NCBI GenBank assembly: GCA_963514005.1
Contig: OY740816.1
Span: 25,172,001-25,236,000 of the forward strand
Reading direction: 5' to 3'
DNA from: Raja brachyura
Lineage: Eukaryota
DNA: 64,000 nucleotides
The position numbers and the translations under genes were made by a program. The notes beneath the pieces were generated by a model, which was not told the DNA's origin, searched no databases, and saw only the letters and a list, made by a program, of their open reading frames with translations. Positions 37,418-50,673 of this stretch are shown piece after piece (within the stretch, counting starts at the first letter, position 1; each line of letters starts with the position of its first letter).

Positions 37418-38220
37418 ACAAGGAGTGTAATATAGCTGTTTTGTAGTATATTTGTTTTGTCTTGTACTATGGCGGTGGGTTGTGTTTTGTTTTATTGTGT
37501 TGTAAATACTATTTTAATACTTGAGTAAATATTTTTGATTTAAGGAAAAAAAACCAGTAGAGAACACTACAATTATCTGTCATTGGATTGATAGAAAACG
37601 AACCAAGACGTCTATTCCGAATAGAAGATGTCTGTTCCGAATAGTTTTTGCATGACTATGGATGGGAATTTACATTGGTAGTTGTTGATTGCTTGATTGA
37701 TCCTTTATTATCACATGTGACATGTCACGGTGATTTTTTGTTTTTTTTGCATACCATACATAAAGTATGCAAAGAGTTGGCACGTATAGGGCAGCGACAA
37801 AATGTGAGCAGCCTTGTTGGTAAGCTTACCATTATAGAAGTTGTTAGTAAGCTTACCATTATTATCACATTTGAGGCCCATTACATTATTGGATATGGCT
37901 CTTGCACAGAGAAAGTCAGACTTTCAACATTTGGGTAGGTAGGAGATTTGATCATAAGAATGTGGTCGGTCAAGAAAAATTTCGTATGGTAAGTATCTGA
38001 TTGGGTTAGGGCTTGTGTTAAATTAGTCAGAAGACATTGTTATTCAACGCTTTAAGGTTGAGATATCATAAGTCAGTCATGGAGACAGTGGAATGGGTTG
38101 GAGATGATTAGGGCGAGGTCCAGTTGGGGACTGGGGATTGGTGTGCAATGAGGATGGCAAGGCAACGAGCCTCCGCAATCTCAGTATCGTGAGGGTTGAG
38201 AGGATGTAACTGACGGAAGA

Positions 38221-38463
38221 TAGATACAAAAAGTTGGAGTAACAGCGGTACAGGCAGCATCTCTGGAGAGAAGAAATGGGTGACGTTTTGGGTCAAGACC
38301 CTTCTTCAGACTGAGTGGGTGACGTTTTGGGTCGAGACTCTTCTTCACACTGAATGGGTGATGTTTTGGGTCGAGATCCTTCTTCTGAGTGGGTGACGTT
38401 TTGGGTCGAGACTTCTTCAGACTGAATGGGTGACGTTTTGTGTCGAGACCCTCCTTCACACTG
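38221..38463 (-). repeat. pLTR insertion with 5 tandem ~35-39-bp hammerhead-derived units
   Basis: Unit gaRtgggtgacgttttgggtcgagacccttcttcaSact x5; TSD aactgac(g/a)gaaga at 38208-38220 and 38464-38476. Confidence 0.9.
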
Positions 38464-39049
38464 AACTGACAGAAGACCAATGTAACCTACTGAATGGACA
38501 CAGACCAAATAATATGTTCCCTTAAAGTAATAGAAAAGCAGGCATCACCTTTCTCATTAAGACCAGATAGGATATGAGCTGTCTGCATCGTTCCCAGATT
38601 CAGATGTGCAAATGGATTTTGAGAGTGTGATGTTAATATGCATTATATACCATTTGACATATCTGCAAATACACAGACCTCTGTGAATAAATGTCACCAA
38701 CACAGGAGGACACAGAACAAATTTACCCAACTCTGCAACAATTAAACTAAGGAAGCAATTGGTTTTTAAAATGTATTCCTTCACCAACCACACCGAATTT
38801 TAAACTTTGAATTGTACACGTTTGACTTTCTCGGCTGCAACATGAATACCATCAGACAGTCCCTTAATAATGAGCCTCCAAAATTTATCAGGGAACCTTA
38901 ACCAGCAGAGTCGGCTTTTAGGTCCATGTAATAGGTGCTCGAAATAATGTGATGTTAAATGGATTGAGAAATGGGCTGAGAAATGTGATGGTACAATAGA
39001 TAAGCAATTACTTTTCTTTTAAATTTTGCTGCTGGAATGTGCATTGCGC

Positions 39050-40400
39050 TTATAAAAAAAGAGCTATCCTGAACTCTGGAACTGTGCTCAAGTTAAGCTG
39101 TTCCAATTAATTTGCAATGCTGGCAACTACCTGACAATGTGGAAAATTGCCCAGTTACGTCGCGTCCTGTTGGAAGATGTTATCAGCAATCAAACAGCTT
39201 CATGTAAATTTATGCTTGATGGAGACGGGTTAGGCTAAAAGGCTTGTTTACATACAATTCCGTGGAATTCGCTCACCAATAATCTGCCCACTGATGCCTG
39301 ATTTGCCTTTCACCATGAACATTTAGTGACCCTCATCACAACTTTGAGTCAAACATGGACCAGTGGAATTCCAGAAGTGAAGTGAGAGTGACTGCCCTTT
39401 ATCACGTTTGCCTTTGACAAAGTGTGACATGGATACAGTCAATGTGCATCAAGGGGAAAACACTCCAATGTTTGGAGTCGTACATCGCACAAAGAAAGCA
39501 GGTTGCAGATGTTGGCCGTCAATAACGCCGGCCTCTTCAGGACAGTGTCCTCAGCCCTGCCATTACCAATGGCTTCATTAATTACTGATCTTCCATCTTA
39601 ACTTCCAGAGTTTTTTAAAATTAATGATTGTACCATGTTTGGTTCTGTTTGCATCCCATGACCATTTGCATATCCTAATGACGTACAAGACTGTCCTATT
39701 ATTCGGGCATGAGCTGATAAATGGCAGCTAAAATTTGCACCACAGAAGTTCCAGGCAATGACCATCTTCAGCAAGAGTAATCATCATGACAATACTATCA
39801 CCAAGCCCCTCCCCAACAACATCCTGTGGATCACTGCTGATCAGAAACCCAACCTGACCAGCCACAAAACCCATTACCACAAGAACAGGTCAACGGCAGG
39901 TCATGTCATGAGTGATTTGCCTCCGCACACCCAACGCCTTTCCACCTTCTACAAGGATGATAAAATACTCTCCACTTGCCCGGAACTGTGCAGCTCCAAC
40001 TACTATCAAGAAACTTGACCACTTCTAGAACAAAGCAGCCTGGCTGATTAGCACTCCCACCAAGCGTAAGGCTGCTTATCGCATCTGCAAACTGCACTGC
40101 ACTAGTACAAAATGTACTCACCCAGGCTGCTCTGACAGCACTGCCTAATCACACAACCTCTCCAACTAAGAAGTTCAAAGGCAGCAGGTATTATGGATTG
40201 CCTCCACTTGCTGGTTCCCCATCCAAGTTCCACACTAATCTAATCGGACATATTTATCATAGCTCCAAATCCTAAAACTCGCCACCCAACAACACTATGA
40301 GTGTGCCTTCATTACAAGGACTGTAGTGGTTCAAGATGGCTGTGCACTTGTGGAAGTTAGGGACAGTCAGTAAATACTTTCTAGTGATGCCATATCCTCA
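39050..40400 (+). mobile_element. Old, heavily degraded CR1-group LINE
   Basis: Remnants cctgacaatgtggaaaattgcccag (P.MWKIAQ), tttgacaaagtg (FDKV), cagggacagtgtcctc-like PQGS region and WADKWQ-like segment. Confidence 0.55.
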
Positions 40401-41529
40401 AAAAGTTATTTTTTAAATGACCGCCCTTGTAACAATGGGACGATATATTTCCTTGTGAAGCTACGAATGCTAAATTATGAGGATATTTTTTGTTGGGGCA
40501 TAAGTCCCAATGGCATAAGTATTTTGTGGCATTTTGTATGGCATAAGTCTTGATTTAATCTCCAGAATAATTTGTGTAAAAAATCCATGTTTGATTTCTG
40601 TTCAGCATCATGTGATTTATCAGCCTGCTATTAATAATGGTGAGTAGTGCACTCATTCTGAGGCGATATCTGCACTGCATCAGCATAATGGCACCATTCA
40701 ATGTATTTCAACATCAACTACGAACAACTTCCATAATTTAGCAGTTCTAAGTAAGTCAAGATGAATTTATACAGCCAATTTTATGGGTGTGGTCATCTAC
40801 TATTTAGAATTATAGCACATAGTTTCCACATTCTGCAAGTTATCTTGTAACACAGCTTATCACATACATAAAATAACATTAATTACAGTCCTATGTAAAG
40901 ACAAACATCTAACATTTACATTTCCATTATTACAGGTAGAACCTGCTGAATCAGGGATACCAATATTATGGGGAGAAGGCAAGAGAATGGGGTTAGGAGG
41001 GAGAGATAGACCAGCCGTGATTAAATAGCGGAGTAGACTTGATGGGCAGAATGGCCTAATTCTGCTCCTGTCACTTGTAACCTTATGAATCATCACCCAG
41101 GAGACATGAACATATACTGTCCTTGAATGTCTAGGTTGTAAGAAGAGGGTGAGGAAACTTCTGGTTCGACCACATTCTCGTATGGTTGAGTTAATCTCAG
41201 ATCTTGATAATGTTTCAACACATGATTATCATCTTGACAAACCTCCACTGGAACTGGTGCAGTGCTCTCAGCTTTTTCCCTTGTGCTTACGATATCTTGC
41301 ACAAATGCAGAATCGTCTACTTTAAGTGGATGTGCTGATGCTGAGGATAAGATGTCAAGGGTTATGGATATCCTGATGAATCTAACCTTGGAAGCAAATG
41401 GATTCTTACTTTCTGCAACATAATATAAATTAGTAAGGATATCAATTTTTCCTAAATATTCACTCCATGAAGCTACTGAATCATTGAAAGAATCTGAAGT
41501 ACCAAGCATTCTCATCTTGACTCAACTTT

Positions 41530-42135
41530 CATGCAACAAGAGAGAATAATGTCCGTCAGAAATCAAAGTGGTCATGTCTGTGTAGAGCTGCAGGAAAAGG
41601 GCGCGGTCCTCAATGAGTCTTTCTCTATTTTTACCGTGGAGAAAGACATGAAGACTGGAACAGTTAATGGAGATATCTTGAGGACAATCTGTATTATGGT
41701 CAAGGTGGTGCTGAATGTACCAGGGTGTCTGTAGGTAAAGAAATATCCCAGGCCTGATTAGAAATATCCAAGGAGATTGTGGGAAGATAGTTATGAGATT
41801 ATTTCCCTGGACCTGAGGGCGTGAGTTTTGGGAGAGGTTGAGCAAGCTAGGACTTTATTCCTTGGAGAACAGGACAATGACGGATGATCATATAGAGGTG
41901 TATAAGATCATGAGTGGAATAGATGGAGTTAATGTGCAAAGTATTTTAACCAGAGTAGGGGAACCAAAAACCAAAGGAAATAGGTTTAAGATTTAATAGA
42001 AGCCTGCCTGATGGGCAACGTTTTCCAGTCGGTGTGTGGTGGGTGTATGGGGTTAGTTGGGGCAGGTATTTTAACAACATTTCAAATAAACCTGGAAAGG
42101 TACGTAGATAGGAAAAGTTTAGAGGGTACATGATA
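41530..42135 (+). mobile_element. Degenerate CR1 LINE fragments
   Basis: SIFTVEKDM, RLSKLGLYSLE and DHIEVYKIM-like motifs with indels. Confidence 0.65.
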
Positions 42136-43539
42136 GGAAAAGTTTCGCGTCCACGTCAGTACCCTCAGAAATGAAGCAGAAGCATATCATTCTCATTTAC
42201 ACACAACTGCATGTGAAGAATGGGAGTAGAATGTGATGAATGGAAACAACCTGGGGTAATCTCCACAGGTGATTACAAATAAGGAGGAGAACTATGTGGA
42301 GTGATGGAATTTGAGGGGGTGAGAAAGGAATCAAAGCAACAATGGTAAGAAGGTAGGTGGAGACGGGAAGGGTTGTATGACTGATTTTACAAAGTAACCA
42401 TACTTGCACTGAGAAGTAAGTGCAGCAGTGGAAGGAAGAACCGCTGTGAGCAGAAAGAGAATTATGTGGAGGACGTGTAAAGGAGGTAAGGCTGTCCATA
42501 AGAACAAGTTTGCAGGCGGCTTAAAACCAGGATGTACTATAGCAAGTAAACAAAGATGTTGTTGAGGAGAGGTTAAATCAAGCTCTACGTGATGTTAAAG
42601 GAGCATAAAATAGCTTAATGTAAAAGGGTTCTAAAAATATTCTTGTAGCAACGGGCAGTTAAGAAAACAATTGGATCTATTAAGGATTGTTAGGGTGGCA
42701 TGTCAGGTGACTTCTGCCTCATTTATTTGTCCTTGGTGGCTGGAGTTGTTGTTATTTTAATTGGATATTCTTCGTGGTTGGTCTTGATGAAGGCAATTAA
42801 ACCTTTCTGAGGTTGTTGCAAAAAGAACTGAGAGCCAATGACTAAAATCAAACCCCCCCGCCAAACTCCATCCATGTAAAAGAAACAACAGGCAATTTCA
42901 TGAAAAAATACAATGGATCCCAATAGAGAAATATAATTTTCAGGCTGCAGTGATGCTAGATTAGATTAGTCAGGAAATTATTTTGTAAATAAATTTGTGC
43001 AGGATAGTTGAAGAACGTCAGAAGTACAGAGGTACAATGGAGGTAATGTAAAAATTCAAATTATAATAAAATGTGCAAGGTTAGCACATTCGGACCAAAT
43101 TACGAGGGTTAAACTACTGATTTGAATGGATGTTGTAGATCATGGGAAATGTAATTTAGTTTTTTTTAGAGACACAGTGTGGAAACAGACACTCCGGCCC
43201 ACCAGCAATCACCCATACGTTAGTTCAATCCTACACTCTAGGGACAATTTACAGAAGTCTATTAACCCGCACATCTTTGGGATGTGGAATGAAACTGGAG
43301 GACCCAGAGAAAATCAAATGGTCACGGGAAGAATGTACATACTCCATACAGGCAGCACCCGTGGTCAAGATTGAACCTTGGAGCTCAGAATCTTTAGACT
43401 GAAAACTTGTGTTCTAGCTATGAATTAAGTATCGTTACTTGATTTCTGTCAGACCTACTAAAATGTCTGATCGTATTCTCTTTTTTTAACAAAATGGGTT
43501 ATATAAGCCTTGACAAAATATCCATCAACTGGTACATTC

Positions 43540-43850
43540 AAGGATGGCACATTTGGTAGAGATGATGGCTCACTGTGCCAGAGACCCAGGTTCGCTCCTG
43601 ACCTCGGGGACTGTCTGTGTAGAGTTTGCACGTTGTCCCTGCGATCGTGTGGATTTCCTTCAGGTGCTCCAGTTTCCTCCCACATCCCAAAGATGTGCGG
43701 GTTTGTAGGTTAATTGGCCTCTGTAAAATTGCCCCTAATGTGTAAGGATTAGATAAAGTGGGATAACCTAGAACTAATGTTCACACGTGATTGATGGTTG
43801 GCGTAGACTCAGTGGGCTGAAATACCTATTTCCATGCTGTATCTCTAAAA
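43540..43850 (+). mobile_element. HE1-like V-SINE
   Basis: ccagagacccaggttcgctcc (B box), gagtttgcacgttgtccc body, conserved 3' end. Confidence 0.8.
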
Positions 43851-44850
43851 CATTCACTACCTGGTAGTTTTATTAATCTTAAACAACGATTGAGGGTCTT
43901 GTCCAATCTAACCAGTGTCTAGATAGGTAACTTCAATTAAAATTAATTAATAAGAAAAAGGATCTTGCAGATGTCGGAAATCTGAAATAAAACTGCAAAT
44001 GTTGGAGAAGTTCAGTGGGTCAGAAAGCGTCTTTAGAGAGAGAAAAATAATTAATATTTCAAGATGATTATTTTGCATCAGAAATGGAAAATTGAAAACG
44101 TGCAAATTTTAAGTTGCAGAGAGGAGAGAACAAAGTAAAAGTCTTAGCATTTTATGTCAGTTTTTGGAAACTAGCACTTGCAATTCCTCGTGTCTAAAAT
44201 AAATGTCTGTATGGTTGTCCAGATGTTGTTGGTGGCATCAAAGAGAGGGCAAATGAATGCTTATTATTAATCACAACTGACATCTCGGACAGAAAGAGTA
44301 TAAATTGAGAGGGATGAATTAGGGCAGTAGCAAAAAAAAAAAAGAACATCTTGGAATAGTGCAATGCAGAACATAACAGTTGCTGCAAATCTGAAATAAA
44401 AGTAACAGTGGAAATACTCTCCAGATTTCTCCATTCTGTGGGCCAGATAGTATATCTCCAGCGTTTAAATTTTTTTAAAATTTGGGTTAAAACTACACTC
44501 ATATATTTACGTATAGAAGCATAACCGAAACTTGTTGTGGAAAAGTTACAAAAAGAATGTCACTGTTAGGGTGAGGGGCAGTGCAGATTGGATGGGTCAA
44601 CCTTGGCTGACGGAGGATATTGAGGCTCGAGTCTGTGGAAAAAAGAAGGCATATGCCAGGTATTGGCTGCTGGATCAAACAAATTATTTGTAGACTTAAA
44701 GGAATGAAGGAATATGATAAACAAGGAAATCAGGAGGGCGAAAAGCAGATATCACTTTGGCAGATAAGGTAAAGATGAATCCTAAAACATTCTCTGTATA
44801 TTAAGAACAAAATGATAACCAAGGACAGCACAGATCCACTTAAGCATTAG

Positions 44851-44948
44851 ATAGAAACAAAAAGCTGGAGTATCTCAGCGGGACAGGCAGCATCTCTGGA
44901 GAGAAGGAATGGGTGCCTTTTCGGGTCAAGAGCCTTCTTCAGACCCCC
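44851..44948 (-). mobile_element. TSD-flanked solo pLTR inside an old CR1
   Basis: 12-bp TSD cttaagcattag at 44839-44850 and 44949-44960. Confidence 0.8.
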
Positions 44949-45364
44949 CTTAAGCATTAGTGTGGTCATCTATGTGTGGAACTAGAAGAGATGAGAAGAA
45001 TACTTCACATCTGCATTTATCATGACAAAGATTATGGAGCATGTGAGTTCTGGTTGATGATTCTGATTAATGATCTTTTATCAGATTTCCAGAACCTGCA
45101 CTCATCAGATAGGATAGGCAGAGAATTGCCCGAGGAAGATTGTTCTTCTGCTAGGCAGAGTGTCACGGGATGTAGTTGGGAAGATGATTAGGATGGCCAG
45201 GTTACAAATGAAGAGGGGAAGGATTGCAGTGGCAGGATTTGAATCAGGTGGTTCATTGAATGGTCTGAGCAAGGGCTGGGATATAGGTTGAATTATGTAT
45301 TGAGGGGCTGGGTAGATGATGGGTGGAGGCAGAAGAATTGGCACTTTAATAGAAAGCCCTGGAG

Positions 45365-45835
45365 ATGAAAAGACTTCAAAAAGTAGTAAACTCTGCCCAG
45401 TCCATCATCGGCTCTGACCTTCCTTCCATCGAGGGGATCTATCGCAGTCGCTGCCTTAAAAAGGCTGGCAGCATCATCAAGGACCCACACCATTCTGGCC
45501 ACACACTCATCTCCCTGCTACTTTCAGGTAGAAAGTACAGGAGCCTGAAGACTGCAACGACCAGGTTCAGGAATAGCTACTTCCCCGCAGCCATCAGGCT
45601 ATTAAACCTGGCTCAGACAAAATTATGATCATTAATAACCCATTATCTGTTATGTTATTTGCACTTTATCAATTTATTTATTCATGTGTGTATGTATTTA
45701 TATAATGATATATGGACACACTGATCTGTTTTATAGTAAATTCCTACTATGTCCTGTGTGCTGAAGCAAAGCAAGAATTTCATTGTCCTATCAGGGACAC
45801 ATGACAATAAACTCACTTGAACACTTGAACTTGAA
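45365..45835 (+). mobile_element. Rex1/Babar-like LINE 3' end
   Basis: ORF 45365-45628 KRLQKVV..AQSIIG..LPSI..IY..RCLKKA.SIIKDP.H...RFRNSYFPAAIRLLN; 3' UTR ends gacaataaactc..(ttgaac)n. Confidence 0.8.
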
Positions 45836-48140
45836 GTAAAGAATCAATCTACTTGGAGGATGATGGATCCTTGCATTCTTCAGTAATGTTGCTGATAGAA
45901 TGGAGCCTTTTCATTAATGTTCATAAAACTATTGCAGGGAAATTCTCGTATTTAGACCCAGCCATGTTGAAGTTAATAAGGTAGGCATTAATGCAAGAAG
46001 ACCAAGCCACACAAGCTTGGGAAAAAGGTGGATGTAACATTTATGTTTACTCAGACTGCAGGAACAAACCATATCCAAGAGCATAATCTCAATATCTCCA
46101 CTTGACATCTATTAGCGATGCCACTGACAAATTCTACCCAGTCAAACTCTGCAAACCACCGTTAACCAGAAGTTGAATTAGATCAGTCATTGGAAACTCA
46201 GCCCATCATTTATATCGCAAATGACTGACTTTCTAACTATCCATCATAAGGCATATCAGAATTTTGATGAAATCATATCCACTTGGATATGGATGCATAC
46301 AGCTCCAATAATTCTCAGAGCTCAACTCCATTCAGGAGAAAGAAACCCACTTGATTGATGATTCCCCCACCTCCTTAAACAATTATTCCCTTCACTGATG
46401 CAAAGTGTCAAGTGTACATCATGTGGACATGAAAGATAGAGGAGCCCCAGACAGAGCGAAATGCACACACTTCAATGGGACAACTAACTCTTCATTGTTT
46501 TCGAGTGATAGGACCTCCAGTTCAGATTAGTAATTTATAATTACGAACCTTAAAACAACCTGAAGGAACAGTCAGAAATCTAGACAGGTTTCACTGAAGA
46601 ACAGGATATTGCAGAGGCATCACTGTCTTTGAATTTCAGGTTTTACCATTTTACTCCTGTAATGAGCCACATTTTAGTTTAACCACTAAATCCTCATTAA
46701 TTAGATTTTAGTGATGTGCCCATTAACTTCTGTTCATTTTCCTGGGACGGAACTGCCATTGTCAAACTGATACTATTGTTAAAAGTAAAATACCACAGGG
46801 TTTAAAGTACTGAGCAGCGTCTACTATCAAAAACGCACGTGTTTCCGGTTAATGACTTTTATCAGATTTCTAAAAGCTGCACTGTTTTGCTTTTGCTTTA
46901 GTGTTTTTCTTCATAATTACGTCAGTCGCTGAGCTGATGAACTTTGCTCCCATCAGCTTTGCTCTCCTATGGACGGTCATTAACCCAGCCTTGTACTGGA
47001 TGCTTCAGGATAGTGGGTTGAACCAGCGCTGGTCTCTGAAGCCCAGTTATGAATCAGTATCTGAGGCTTTTGGATCAAGTTGCTGCATTGCCCTATATTT
47101 CCCCCTGAAACTATTGATTCGTTTATCATCTGGTCGTTAACTGTTGACAATTGGAGTCTCAAACTGCACTGTGGAAAGTGAGATCTATGGTTTAAAAATT
47201 CAGCTGCTTTATAACAATAATCTTGCTTCCCTTCCTTGATAATTTAGTCGCCCCCGTAATGTTATCAGGGTTTTTGATGTAAAATGTGTTCATGTTTCAC
47301 GTTAATTATATAATTGCTGCAGCATTTCTGTAATGACAAAGAACGGTGTACTCTTGCTCTCCTTTCTAGAGCTCCTGAACCTCCTTATTCTTATTTCACG
47401 TACTCTGGTTCAAGTTCTTCTTTGATGTACCATTCTGGCATCTCCTGATTTTTCTCATCATAGAGTGATACAGTGTAGAAACAGGCCCTTTGGCCCAACT
47501 CGCCCACACCGGCCACCAATGTCCCAGCTACACTAGCCCCACTTGCTTGCGCTTGGTCCATAAGTCTCCAAACCTGTCCTATCCATGTACCTGTCTAGGT
47601 ACAATTGAATATATTTGTGGGTTTTCTCCATTTTTTGTTCTGCCCAACCCTCTGGGCAATTTACACTTCCTGTAGGTGGCTCTGTAGCTTTAGTTGGGGG
47701 TTTCCATCCCGCCAATTTTATTTGCAGTAAATATCTCAGCAACATCTAGTGCACCAGCATCAACATCTCACCATTACTAACACTGAGTCAGATAAATGGC
47801 CCTGTCAGGCCTTGTGTGGGCTGGGTGACACGATAAGAACATAGAGGCAGGAGTAGACTCTTCAACCCCTCATTGTTCTGCTGCAATATTTAATAAGGTC
47901 AGACTCTTGGGAAAACAATATCATAAAGGACAACAGCAATTACATTGCCAGAATTTCGTTGTGTGTCATCGATTCAGGTGTTGGATGTAAGTAAAATGTC
48001 ATAATGCAATCACTTTGCACTTCTCTACAACTTTGAAACTTTAATGATTTTGTAGTCTGTGAAAAACAAAGGATGGATAGTGTAACGAGAGAGCGTGAAA
48101 GATATTTTGGTGTGAACGCAAATATCGTTATACCCAGTAG

Positions 48141-48340
48141 AAACAAGGAACTACAGATGCCGGTGTACACAAAAGGACATAAAGTGCTGGATTAACTCAG
48201 CGGGTCAGGCAGAACATGGATCTCTGGAGAACATGGATAGATGATGTTTCGGGTGGGACCCTTCTTTAGATGCTGTCTGACCTCCTGGGTTACTCCAGCA
48301 CATTGTGTCTTTTTCTTACATCATCTATCCATGTTCTCCA
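48141..48340. mobile_element. Partially inverted pLTR insertion
   Basis: gtgctggattaactcagcgggtcaggcag ... gtttcgggtgggacccttc ... gatgctgtctgacc..gttactccagcac; catctatccatgttctcca is the inverse of 48225-48243. Confidence 0.7.
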
Positions 48341-48921
48341 TACTTGTCGGGACACCTAAAATTAGGAGGGATTGTCTTTTCATAGGTTGACAGCCTGCTT
48401 ACTGTGCAAAACTATTGCAACATATTGGTAATTCAGTGACCATCACTGTCTGGATGTTGGATGAATTTTTGATGCTGACTTGCTACATACAGCCTTGTTA
48501 ATATCTTTTTATCCTTTGGCTTTTAAAGTGTTTCTGATTTCTTTCATCTAAACAACAGCTTAATATACAAAAGACTGCTGGAAAACAATTTATCTGCAAT
48601 GATCTTATCAAATGATCTCTTTCAAAGATCCAACCAACGGATGCTTTTGTTGTGGTTGCAGAAATAAGTTACAAAGGAGCATAGCTGAAAGGGGAAATAG
48701 GATGGTAGAGCCAAATGAAGTCTGACTGTCACAGAGAGACAACACAACAAAGGGCATGGAGGGTTGGAGAGAAGTTTCTGATGGAGGGGAAAAATCTGAA
48801 CCCAAACCCGGGAGTGAATTCACACACAAGCAGAAGAAGAACCTGGGCACACTCACCCTCACTGATGAAGTTGGAGTGCAGAGGAGAAACTTGAGGGGAG
48901 ATACTTAGTGTATCCAGATGA

Positions 48922-49215
48922 GATAGAAACATAGAAACATAGAAAATAGGTGCAGGAGGAGGCTATTCGGCCCTTCGAGCCAGCACCGCCATTCATTGTG
49001 ATCATGGCTGATCGTCCCCAATCAATAACCTATGCCTGCCTTCTCCCCATATCCCTTGACTCCACTAGCCCCTAGAGCTCTATCTAACTCTCTCTTAAAT
49101 CCATCCAGTGACTTGGCCTCCACTGCCCTCTGTGGCAGGGAATTCCACAAATTCACAACTCTCTGGGTGAAAAAGTTTTTTTCTCACCTCAGTCTTAAAT
49201 GGCCTCCCCTTTATT
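48922..49215 (-). mobile_element. CR1 3' end
   Basis: (tagaaaca)n tail and reverse complement of the CR1 3' UTR/ORF2 end. Confidence 0.85.
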
Positions 49216-49717
49216 CAATCAAAATATCAATCAAACTTCAAAGGAATAAACAACCCGAGCAAAAATTGGAGAATAAAGAATGGGAAATATAATGAAAGAT
49301 ATCTTGGTTTTGATGCAAATATATTTCTAAGCAAGTGTGTTAATACAACCTTGTGCCATCCTGAAAATCCAAACGACTGCAGATGGTAGAAATCAGAAGT
49401 AAAAACTGCTAGAGATATTTATTGATCGGAATGTTCAAGTCCGTTTCTACAGAGAAGCTGTTGACCTGCCAAGTATTTGCGGCTCTTTTTGCTTTATATT
49501 GAGTGCATTGCTTGAACTACTTATGGAAGTTGCTGACAGATCCTGATTTATTGTGACCCTCGTACAACAGCACAGATACTTTTGTTTTTGTTCTGCAAAC
49601 ATTGCCATACTTTGCAAGTGTGACTTATGTCCCTGCACCTAGGCATACTTGCTGCAACTGGTGATTATTGGCTGTTCCAAAAAAATGGCTGGCAGGATGA
49701 AGTATGAAGAAGTTGAA

Positions 49718-50000
49718 AGGCCACAGTTTAAGAATAAAGGGGTAAGCCATTTAAAACGGAGATGAGGAAAAGCTTTTTCACACAGAGGGTTGAGAATCTG
49801 TGGAATTCTCTGCCTCAGAAGGCAGTGGAGGCGAATTCTCTGGATGCTTTCTAGAGAGTTAGATAGTGGAGTCAGGGGATATGTGGAGAAGGCAGTAACA
49901 TGGTACTGAGGGTGGATGATCCGCCATGATCACTGTGAATGGCGGTGCTAGCTCGAAGGGCTGAATGGACTACTCCTGCACCTATTGTATATTGTCTATT
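49718..50000 (+). mobile_element. CR1 3' end
   Basis: GHSLRIKGKPFKTEMRK..NLWNSLPQKAV; 3' UTR ends cctattgtatattgtctatt. Confidence 0.85.
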
Positions 50001-50533
50001 ATATCCTTATATCATATTATAACCAACTGGAAACGAAATCCATTATTTTCCATCTTCCTCCAGTGATGATCGATCTGACAGAAGATGACACTATTTCTTG
50101 TGGACCCAAATATTTTTATATCTCATTCCTTCAACAAACTTTAAAAACTTACATTGGTATTGAAGTCACCGTCTTGCATTTTATCCTGCTTATTTTAACT
50201 TTGTCAAGGCAGTTCAGGAAAATTCTAAAATTGTATGAGAATTTGTATTCTGTACATTTCTGGCAGCTGTGTTTCTGCTCTGATTTAATGATGGAGATTC
50301 AGCTAGATTATCCATTGAACGTCAGAGCCACACAAGCACTTTAAGCAGCTGAGCCTTTCTGTGTGGTGATATAGGATTGATTATTTGACAGTTTTAATTT
50401 GTTGAATGCCTAATATTTTACAGTGCATTTTAGATCAGTTTGTCATATTAATCTTTAGGCCCCATGACCATTTGAAAAGCTTTTCACTGTACGTCGGTAG
50501 ACATGACAGTAATAAACTGAAGTAATGGTGTTC

Positions 50534-50673
50534 TTCTTCTTCTTGAGTAAGGCGTGCACAGCCTAAAGTTGTAGGACAACTTGTTCTATTTGATCTTACT
50601 TGATTGTGCACGCCGGGTTGATTGCATTCATCGAAACAGGGTGGACTACGTGAAGGTTGCAATCTCCCACCCC
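50534..50673 (-). mobile_element. HDV-ribozyme-headed short retroelement, copy 3
   Basis: Perfect 14-bp TSD aagtaatggtgttc at 50520-50533 and 50674-50687; ribozyme 50620-50673 has catalytic C>T (UGAA) and P3 G>A. Confidence 0.9.

Noticed and set aside
38274-38463. CRISPR-like array of ~39-bp repeats
   Set aside because: Units are contiguous with no unique spacers, there are no cas genes, the DNA is vertebrate, and the unit is a pLTR hammerhead segment.
38181-38480. ORFs with repeated LKKGLDPKRHP peptide (also 58570 and 60741)
   Set aside because: Translation of the non-coding pLTR/hammerhead repeat, not a protein.
48610-48900. Purine-rich stretch resembling a coding exon
   Set aside because: In-frame stops, no clear splice sites, and adjacent to CR1 debris.
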